From positions 1 to 64,000 of the IMG/VR virus record IMGVR_UViG_3300023184_000026: a DNA stretch of 64,000 nt. One strand, written 5' to 3'. Below are positions 19,883 to 27,319 of the stretch, piece by piece (the first letter of the stretch is position 1; each line of letters starts with the position of its first letter). The notes beneath the pieces were generated by a model. It did no database searches, was not told the DNA's origin, and was given only the letters and a program-made list of their open reading frames with translations. A program made the translations under genes and the position numbers.

Positions 19883-21681
19883 AATACCCTTTATACAGAG
19901 ATACTTTATGTCCAAAACTTTGGAACATCAATGAAGATGGTGCCAAACTTGATAATATAGTGCGCAAAGGATTGTTAAAAATCGCGCAAGATTTTGTGGC
20001 CAATCTCAAGAAAGAAAATAATATACATATAAAGATATATGATATTGTTATCATTGGCAGCATCACCAATTATAATTGGACAGATTATAGTGATATTGAC
20101 TTGCATGTTGTCACAGATTTTAAAGATTTAGATATGACAGCAGATGATGCTCAAACACTATTTGATGCTATAAAAGTGGGTTGGAACAACAAACATAATA
20201 TTACCATGAAAGGGCATGATGTTGAAATATATGTTCAAGACACAGCACATATACCTACTTCAGCCAGTTCATATAGTGTGTTGAAAAATGATTGGATTCA
20301 AGAACCTATTAAAGAAAGTCCAACTTTCAACAAAGAACTTATAAAAAAGAAGTATAAAGAATACAAAAAGAAGATAACAACACTATTGTCAAAACATGAT
20401 GAAAATGCTCTAAAGAGTCTGTTGGACAAGCTTTATAAGTATCGTCAGTCTGGTTTGGACAGTGGTGGCGAATTGAGTGAAGAAAATATAGTATTCAAGA
20501 TTATTCGTGCTCATGGATATTTGGATAAAATCAAAGACAATATAGCCAAGAACTATGATGATAAAATGAGCGTCAAAGAAATGATACAAGAAGCACTAAA
20601 AGAAAATGCAGTACCAAACGACGCTGAGACAAAGGATCAAGTTCACGTGTTTGACTTTGATGATACTCTTGGCATTACCGACAATCCAAATGGAATTATG
20701 CTATACAAAGATGGACAGCCAGCGCATAAAGATATTAACACATCCATGCAATGGGTGCGTGCTGCTGGCTTAGAAAACCATCTAGTGTCGCCAAGAGGAA
20801 AATCTTCATCTATAATAATGTCTACAGATCCAAAACGTCAAGGTGCTATTTTCTATGTAGATTCTTCTGGACTGGCAAAGTTGACTACACTCAAAACCAT
20901 AGTATATGATCCATCAAAAGGAGAACCAAAGATTCCGGATAAAGGTGAAGCTGCTTTGATAGATTTTACACCATCGAGCGACGTAGATTCATCTACCACA
21001 AAACCAATCAAGTCAACCATAGACAAGCTGAAATCACTCAACTCAACTGGAGCAAAAACCGCAGTTATGACTGCCAGACAGGGTAGTGGAAGTACAACTG
21101 GACTTGATGGAAAAACGGTGAATGTGACAAACGAAAAAGATATACAAAAATTCTTGTCATCAAAAGGCGCAACTCCAAACTATGGAATAGTTGGAGTTAA
21201 GGGAAAAGACAAAGGTGATGAAATAGAAAAAAGATTTATATCTAGCCAAAAAGACAATCCTCCTAAAGAAATTCACTTTTATGACGATTCTAGGAATAAT
21301 ACTGTCAATGTATCAAAGCTTGGTGGGAAAATTCCATCCGAACTTTACATTTATGGACCCGGTCATTTTTCAGATGGAAGTGTAAATCCAAATACTCCAA
21401 ACCAATCTTTTTCAGAAAAAGATGCAGACAAGAAAAAAGATGAAAAAGAGAGAGTTTCTGAGGTCATTAGAAAGATGATACGCAAAGAAATTGCGATGAA
21501 CAAAAGCGAATATGATTCGGCGGTAGATGATGTTGTAGATGAAATATATGGTTATACAACAAAATATAAAAAATATCCAGATATAAATCCAATTTTAGAA
21601 AAACTGGCTAGTAGATTCAATTTAGATATTGAAACTGTTTATTCTGACGTTGCCAGAGGATTTCACAAACTGACGACATAA
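19879..21681 (+). CDS. Pol-beta-superfamily nucleotidyltransferase fused to a HAD-like phosphatase domain
   Basis: NTase motif IIGSITNYNW..YSDIDLH and DVEIYVQD. HAD motifs VFDFDDTL, VMTAR, FYDDS..N. ATG at 19879 overlaps the previous stop. Confidence 0.7.
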   Translation: MKYPLYRDTLCPKLWNINEDGAKLDNIVRKGLLKIAQDFVANLKKENNIHIKIYDIVIIGSITNYNWTDYSDIDLHVVTDFKDLDMTADDAQTLFDAIKVGWNNKHNITMKGHDVEIYVQDTAHIPTSASSYSVLKNDWIQEPIKESPTFNKELIKKKYKEYKKKITTLLSKHDENALKSLLDKLYKYRQSGLDSGGELSEENIVFKIIRAHGYLDKIKDNIAKNYDDKMSVKEMIQEALKENAVPNDAETKDQVHVFDFDDTLGITDNPNGIMLYKDGQPAHKDINTSMQWVRAAGLENHLVSPRGKSSSIIMSTDPKRQGAIFYVDSSGLAKLTTLKTIVYDPSKGEPKIPDKGEAALIDFTPSSDVDSSTTKPIKSTIDKLKSLNSTGAKTAVMTARQGSGSTTGLDGKTVNVTNEKDIQKFLSSKGATPNYGIVGVKGKDKGDEIEKRFISSQKDNPPKEIHFYDDSRNNTVNVSKLGGKIPSELYIYGPGHFSDGSVNPNTPNQSFSEKDADKKKDEKERVSEVIRKMIRKEIAMNKSEYDSAVDDVVDEIYGYTTKYKKYPDINPILEKLASRFNLDIETVYSDVARGFHKLTT

Positions 21682-21690
21682 TCACCTATT

Positions 21691-21723
21691 AAAAAGCCCC
21701 GATTTCTCGGGGCTTCTTTTTTT
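21691..21723. terminator. Bidirectional terminator between convergent genes
   Basis: AAAAAGCCCCGA-TTTC-TCGGGGCTT followed by a T run. Confidence 0.9.
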
Positions 21724-21746
21724 AAGTGAATTATTTCTTCACGAAC

Positions 21747-21962
21747 TTATTGCTTCTTTTTACCAGCGGGAGGAGGCGGCAACTTTGCTGCATCTTCTGG
21801 TGTAATCTTTGCTCGTTCTTCTTTGTCCAACTTACCATCCTTGTTTGTGTCATACTTTGCGACGATTGCTTTTTGCTCATCAGTCAGCGGCGGTCGTTCT
21901 TTCTTTTCTGCGGCTACAACTGACAATACTGATACCAATGCTAATAGGATATACTTCTTCAT
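21747..21962 (-). CDS. Small secreted single EF-hand protein (71 aa)
   Basis: Signal peptide MKKYILLALVSVLSVVAA. Canonical 12-residue loop DTNKDGKLDKEE. Pro/Lys-rich tail. Confidence 0.8.
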   Translation of the reverse strand: MKKYILLALVSVLSVVAAEKKERPPLTDEQKAIVAKYDTNKDGKLDKEERAKITPEDAAKLPPPPAGKKKQ

Positions 21963-22079
21963 ATTTTTCTTTTGTTGCATCAACCGTTATTGATTGACAG
22001 TATTTATTGTTATACATTTGGTTGGTATAGTCAATACTATTTGTACTATATTAAATTATTCTTTCCAAGTCATAATTGC

Positions 22080-22108
22080 ACAATGAACACTATTTATTAA
22101 TGTGTCAA
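22080..22108 (-). promoter_or_regulatory. Possible sigma70-type promoter facing the EF-hand gene
   Basis: TTGACA-N17-CATTGT on the minus strand; the -10 match is imperfect. Confidence 0.4.
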
Positions 22109-22232
22109 CACCATTCATAAAATTCCCAACACTATCTTATTATAAGATTAAATAATTTTGATAATAATCAAACTATTTTATATTTTATCGTATATTTATA
22201 ATCAAAGAACAAACAATTAAACACCCAATATT

Positions 22233-22730
22233 ATGGCAGAACTAATAGACCAAAATCAAATTTTCTTTACAGCATTTGAGCCAAAAGTGGCCAATCGTTT
22301 CATAATGAATATCGACGGTATACCCGCGTATACTATAAAAGCAGCAGGTCGTCCCAATATCAACGTTGGTGTTATAACAATGGATCATATCAATTTGAAG
22401 CGCAAGTTGAAAGGCAAGAGCGAATGGCAAGACATTAATATCACTTTGTATGATCCAATCGTTCCGTCTGCTGCTCAAGCATGCATGGAATGGGTGCGTC
22501 TGGCACATGAATCTGTCACTGGTCGCAACGGGTATGCCGACATGTACAAGAAGGACGTACAAATTCAAGTTCTTGGTCCTGTTGGAGATATTGTTGAAAA
22601 GTGGGACATCAAGGGTGCGTTTCCTTCACAAGTTGATTTCAATGCAACTGCGCTGGATTGGTCAAGTGCAGGAGATGCGTTGACAATAAGTGTCACACTG
22701 AGCATGGACTATTGTATTCTGCAATTTTAA
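22233..22730 (+). CDS. Tail tube protein (T4 gp19-like)
   Basis: FEPKVANRFIM.IDGIPAY.IK..GRP; W.DI.ITLYDPI.PS.AQA.MEWVRL.HESVTGR.GY...YKKD. Confidence 0.9.
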   Translation: MAELIDQNQIFFTAFEPKVANRFIMNIDGIPAYTIKAAGRPNINVGVITMDHINLKRKLKGKSEWQDINITLYDPIVPSAAQACMEWVRLAHESVTGRNGYADMYKKDVQIQVLGPVGDIVEKWDIKGAFPSQVDFNATALDWSSAGDALTISVTLSMDYCILQF

Positions 22731-22760
22731 TATAATAAGTCAAAGTTTGATTCTACACCT

Positions 22761-22794
22761 GAAAACCACCAAAAAATCGGTGGTTTTCTTTTTT
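22761..22794 (+). terminator. Intrinsic terminator after the tube gene
   Basis: GAAAACCACC...GGTGGTTTTC followed by a T run. Confidence 0.8.
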
Positions 22795-22833
22795 ATATAT
22801 TGTTATAAGAACTTGTCATTGAGCATTTTGTTC

Positions 22834-22863
22834 TTGACATCTGTTCATATCTGACTATACAAT
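22834..22863 (+). promoter_or_regulatory. Possible sigma70-type promoter
   Basis: TTGACA-N18-TACAAT. Confidence 0.5.
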
Positions 22864-22973
22864 CTTGATTCCAAGCCACACAAATCACACAATAAATGCA
22901 AACACTGTGTAACTTAAATACACTTTTTTTATAAACTTATTGATATTTATATATACTTAAGAATAGAAAATCT

Positions 22974-23603
22974 ATGAATAAAGATCGACTAAAACAACTG
23001 GTAAGACAAATAGTAAAAGAAGCAATTGGATTGGGAGTGGCTGAAACCAATCTACAAGAAGGAACTCCACCAAATTTTCCAGCCGCTCTTAAAAAGAAAT
23101 TGTTGAATCAATACAAAGATGTTCCACAAAAAGCTTATGCTACAATGTGGAAGATGTATAATGCTAAAAATGAAGGTAATCAGCGTGTTTGTGAAATGTG
23201 GGCTGCTTGGGAATCCAAGGGAATGAATGAAGCTGTATCTGGTATGAATGTAGCTTATATTGCTAATGTTGATAACAATGTTTGCTCATTGACTGGTGAT
23301 GAAATTGCTGAAATTGTTAAAAAACATGGTGTTAAAATGCAATGGATTGGCGATGCAGCATTTGGCACAGAAACACTTCGTAATTATAAATTTAAGATTT
23401 CAGGTCCAACTGGAGAAATTGATACTTTAGTTGATGAACTAGCAGAAGAAAATGGTATTGAATTTCAGGATTCTAAATTGGAAGAACGTGATGAAGAACA
23501 TGATGAAACAGACATGAATAATCCAGAAGAAAAGCGTGAAGTTGAATTGGCTAAAAAAGCCAAAGCCGCTGCTGAAGAAATATTAAAAATGCACGGCAAA
23601 TGA
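22974..23603 (+). CDS. Hypothetical protein, likely head-internal
   Basis: 209 aa. Leader RLKQLVRQIVKEA; many xxE/NE sites. Confidence 0.6.
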   Translation: MNKDRLKQLVRQIVKEAIGLGVAETNLQEGTPPNFPAALKKKLLNQYKDVPQKAYATMWKMYNAKNEGNQRVCEMWAAWESKGMNEAVSGMNVAYIANVDNNVCSLTGDEIAEIVKKHGVKMQWIGDAAFGTETLRNYKFKISGPTGEIDTLVDELAEENGIEFQDSKLEERDEEHDETDMNNPEEKREVELAKKAKAAAEEILKMHGK

Positions 23604-24097
23604 AAAAATTTGAACTAAGAAATCTTATCAAAGAAATTGTTCAGCGTAAACTGAATGAAAATATTGGTCAGAACGCTGATGCTGTGAATAAAATTGTTGG
23701 TGAAAATTCTATAAAAGATGTGAAGATAATGACTCATGCTGGTTCACACAATTTAGAAATTGTAGAAATTTATGAAAACAACGGTGTTTTGTATTTTAGT
23801 GTAAATACAGATTCAGTTGAACAAAATGAAACTATTCAAGAAATTGGTGAAGTTGGCGCGATGGGTATTGCTTCACCAGAATCTGGTATGAAAGACTCAG
23901 ACAAAAAATCATTGGCTACATATCAAGCCGCTTTGGATAAATTCACCAATGACATTCGAAAAATTGATGCTGATGTTGCCAAGTTACAGGCACCGGTCCA
24001 AAGAAAAATAGAAGGACTTGAACGTAAAAAAGCAAGTTTGGCAAAGAAACAAGGTCAAATCGTGGACAGAATCAACGGCATCAAAGACAAACAATAA
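23600..24097 (+). CDS. Hypothetical protein, likely head-internal
   Basis: 165 aa. Leader MKKFELRNLIKEI; C-terminal coiled coil. Confidence 0.6.
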   Translation: MKKFELRNLIKEIVQRKLNENIGQNADAVNKIVGENSIKDVKIMTHAGSHNLEIVEIYENNGVLYFSVNTDSVEQNETIQEIGEVGAMGIASPESGMKDSDKKSLATYQAALDKFTNDIRKIDADVAKLQAPVQRKIEGLERKKASLAKKQGQIVDRINGIKDKQ

Positions 24098-24100
24098 ATT

Positions 24101-25156
24101 ATGAAAAAATCTGAACTAAAAGATTTGATCAAAGAAATGCTACAAGATCAACATCCATTGCCACAAGACACGCATGCTACTGATTTGAATGAGTTGGTTG
24201 ACAATTCTGTTATGATTCAAACCAGCAAAGGACCATATAAATTTTGGGCAGATGAAGATCGTGAAGAAGACAATATCAAGTTGTTTCATTATGTCAAAGG
24301 ACCGGACGGCAAAGAATACGACGTGAACATAAGTCCATATGAAATTAATTGGAAATCCCCAGATATGATTGAAAAAGTAAAGAAGTGGATTGAATCTGAT
24401 ATGCCAAATACAAAAATCAGAGAAAATAATTTACAAGAAAACAAAACTACCATGAAAAAATCTGAACTAAAAGCACTACTAAAAGTAATTGTTCAAGAAG
24501 TTGTTGCAACAAAGCAAAAACGTATTGACGAAACCAAAAGATTATCTGGATTCAAGAAACCATCCACATCAAAAAATATGGGCAGTCTCAAAGAAGACAT
24601 CTTGAGCATGATTCGCGAAGCTATTGATGAATCGGACATTGAAGAAATTCGTGTTAAAGGTGCTGTGGGCAGCAAGTTTAAAGTGCAAGATTCAAGTTCT
24701 CCAACCGGCTGGGCAGTCAAAGGTCACAAGACCATTCCAGATGGCACACCAACCGAAGCTCCAAAAGGACCATATATTCCAAAAGGAATTGCTGGTATGG
24801 GTCGTCCAAAGAAAGTTGCACCAGTTTCAAGTGTCGGTGGATCTGACTTTGATACAGCAACTCGTGGTGCAATTGAAAATATTTTGACCGCCGCTCCCAA
24901 CACAACAGACAGCGATATTATACAACAATTGTCTTCAAGTGCAAGCGAAGAAGAAGTATCTCTCAATCTAGATCCAGCGTTTGTCAAGAAAACCGCAGAT
25001 GAATTGAGAAAAGAACTTTCTGCTGACACAGACAATCAACTAGACGACGCTCCAGAAAGTGATCTTGCTGCTATGTCATCTTCAGAAGAAAAAAGAAAAG
25101 CTGCACAGCGCGCCTTTATTATTAAGAAACTACAAGCAAAACGAGCAATCAAATAA
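24101..25156 (+). CDS. Hypothetical modular protein with two MKKSELK leaders
   Basis: 351 aa. MKKSELK at codon 1 and codon 118. Confidence 0.6.
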   Translation: MKKSELKDLIKEMLQDQHPLPQDTHATDLNELVDNSVMIQTSKGPYKFWADEDREEDNIKLFHYVKGPDGKEYDVNISPYEINWKSPDMIEKVKKWIESDMPNTKIRENNLQENKTTMKKSELKALLKVIVQEVVATKQKRIDETKRLSGFKKPSTSKNMGSLKEDILSMIREAIDESDIEEIRVKGAVGSKFKVQDSSSPTGWAVKGHKTIPDGTPTEAPKGPYIPKGIAGMGRPKKVAPVSSVGGSDFDTATRGAIENILTAAPNTTDSDIIQQLSSSASEEEVSLNLDPAFVKKTADELRKELSADTDNQLDDAPESDLAAMSSSEEKRKAAQRAFIIKKLQAKRAIK

Positions 25157-25160
25157 TATC

Positions 25161-26129
25161 ATGAAAAAACTAGTCATATCATTTCTGGCTCTGTTGCTGT
25201 TGACAGGCTGTCCAAGTATACCAAAAATGCCTAGTTTTGGAAAGAAACCGGAAAAATCCGAACAAACAGCAAAAGAGCCAGAAGTAAATGTGGCGGCAGT
25301 TGTTGCTGCACAAGCCGCAAAACAAGCAATGGAAAAAGCCGAAGCAGCAGAAAAGAAAGCAGCAGATGACAGAAAGAATATGGAGGCTGAATATGCCAAG
25401 TTAAAGGCGGAAACACAAAAGGCATATGATGAGTTGAAAAAGAAAGACCAAGACAACTTTGATCATATTGGCGAGTTGAATTATGGTATATACCATGTTA
25501 CACAAGAAAAGAAAAAGATAGACATCAACACAACCATTGCTCATTTGCGCAGCAAAGAAATAATGATGCGCACAGACAGATTGAATGACGCTGAAAAAGC
25601 TGAGATACAAAAAGAAGTTGCGGATGAAAAATCAAAAACAGTTGATCAATTGTATATCAAATACAAACAAACCATTGATTTGGCTGTGAATCAAAAAGCT
25701 CAATTGGATGATGCTGAAGCAATAATTGTTCAAAAAGAAAAAGAAAAGTCGCAACTAAAAGAATCCAATCGTATTGCAATTGAAAAAATAGAAGCCGAAA
25801 AGAAAATAGAAGTTGATCGCATTCGTGCTGATGCAGTAGATCAAGTTCGTTTATTAAAAGAAGCACAACAACAAGAACTTATGGTATGGTTGGTTAGATT
25901 GTTGGGCGGTATTGGAATATTGTTTGTGATTCTTGGTGTGTTGTTCAAGAGCTTCAATATGATATTTTCTGGCATCACATTTCTGGGTCTTGCATATATG
26001 GCAACAACAATTCCTATGTGGATTATAGGAGCAATAGCGGCTGGTTCTATATTATTGATGGGTGTTATTCAATTGATTACTGCAAACAAAAAGAAAGCAG
26101 CTGAATCGGACTCAAAGAAAAAGATATAA
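25161..26129 (+). CDS. Lipoprotein with long coiled coil and C-terminal membrane helices (spanin-like topology)
   Basis: Lipobox LLTG-C17; ~230-aa heptad-rich region; hydrophobic C-terminal segments. ATG at 25161. Confidence 0.65.
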   Translation: MKKLVISFLALLLLTGCPSIPKMPSFGKKPEKSEQTAKEPEVNVAAVVAAQAAKQAMEKAEAAEKKAADDRKNMEAEYAKLKAETQKAYDELKKKDQDNFDHIGELNYGIYHVTQEKKKIDINTTIAHLRSKEIMMRTDRLNDAEKAEIQKEVADEKSKTVDQLYIKYKQTIDLAVNQKAQLDDAEAIIVQKEKEKSQLKESNRIAIEKIEAEKKIEVDRIRADAVDQVRLLKEAQQQELMVWLVRLLGGIGILFVILGVLFKSFNMIFSGITFLGLAYMATTIPMWIIGAIAAGSILLMGVIQLITANKKKAAESDSKKKI

Positions 26130-26203
26130 ATAATATCTTAGTTTTTATATATACACAAAACTTTTTGTAGTTCATATATATAACAAACAACCGTTATATA
26201 AAT

Positions 26204-27055
26204 ATGGATAATACAATACCAGTATCAAGACAAGCAGCACCTGTTTCAACATCGGTGCATACACAAAACCAACAGGCAGTCACGCCAGCCGAAACAAAGT
26301 TGGATTTTCCAGTTGAATATATAGACATTCCATCAGAAGGCTATTTTTATCCAACATCTTCTCCATTGTCATCAGGTCGCATTCAATTGAAACACATGAC
26401 CGCAAGAGAAGAAGATATTCTTACCAACCAAAATCTTATTAAAAAGGGAGTTGTACTTGATGAATTGTTGAAAGCAATCATTGTTACTCCAAATGTTAAA
26501 CTTGATGATATTGTGGTTGGTGATAAAAATGCTATATTTGTAGCCGCTCGAAGGCTTGCATATGGTGACAAATATTCTGCAAAAATTACATGTCCAAAAT
26601 GTGGAGAAGAAAATGAAGTAGAAATTAATCTTGGAGATGTAAAGTTCAAAGAATTTGATTTTACCAAATATACAAAAGGTGAAAATGCATTTAATTTTGA
26701 ACTACCAATATCTAAAAAGAATCTTACATATAGACTTCTTACTCACAAAGATGAAAATGATATTGATGCTGAATTGAAAGGTTTGGCAAAAATATCAAAA
26801 ACAAACGCACCAGAAATGACCACGCGTTTAAAATATACCATCATAGCAATTGATGGAAACAATGATAGAGGATTGATTAAAAAGTTTGTGGATAATATGC
26901 TTGCCAAAGACAGCATATCTTTTCGCAAACACATAAAACAAAATACTCCAGACATGGACATGACATTTGATTTTACATGTACCGCGTGCGGACACAACGA
27001 GCGGATGGCATTGCCATTGGGTGTGGACTTCTTTTGGCCTTCCTCTGGAGTATAA
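26204..27055 (+). CDS. Tail assembly chaperone / baseplate hub assembly protein (T4 gp26-like)
   Basis: IDIPSEG.FYP, MTAREEDILTNQNLIKKG.VLD.LL, two CxxC motifs. Lies directly upstream of the tape measure. Confidence 0.7.
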   Translation: MDNTIPVSRQAAPVSTSVHTQNQQAVTPAETKLDFPVEYIDIPSEGYFYPTSSPLSSGRIQLKHMTAREEDILTNQNLIKKGVVLDELLKAIIVTPNVKLDDIVVGDKNAIFVAARRLAYGDKYSAKITCPKCGEENEVEINLGDVKFKEFDFTKYTKGENAFNFELPISKKNLTYRLLTHKDENDIDAELKGLAKISKTNAPEMTTRLKYTIIAIDGNNDRGLIKKFVDNMLAKDSISFRKHIKQNTPDMDMTFDFTCTACGHNERMALPLGVDFFWPSSGV

Positions 27056-27263
27056 AATAGCCCTACACGAAGAGGTATTTAACCTCTGTTATTATAGTAA
27101 TGGTGCATTCAGTCATTCTGAGGCATATGCTCTGCCTGTATATTTGCGAAGATTTTATATAAAAAAGCTGGCAGACACCAAAAAGAACGAGGCTGATCAG
27201 CACAAGTCTTCTGAGAATGTACAAAATTCTACTGGAAAAATACATCGTCCAGCTATACGATAA
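27033..27263 (+). CDS. +1-frame extension of the chaperone (lambda GT-like product), probably reached by frameshifting
   Basis: Coding-like sequence FGLPLEYKIALHEEVFNLCYY...LPVYLRRFYIKKL overlaps the chaperone 3' end with no in-frame ATG. Confidence 0.5.
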   Translation, partial: FGLPLEYKIALHEEVFNLCYYSNGAFSHSEAYALPVYLRRFYIKKLADTKKNEADQHKSSENVQNSTGKIHRPAIR

Positions 27264-27319
27264 TGGTAAAAATGTCGGTTATTATATACTTATATAGGAT
27301 ATAATAAATATCATATAAC

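Noticed and set aside
22864-22940. Small RNA downstream of the 22834 promoter
   Set aside because: No convincing stem-loop or terminator; it may simply be the leader of the 22974 gene.
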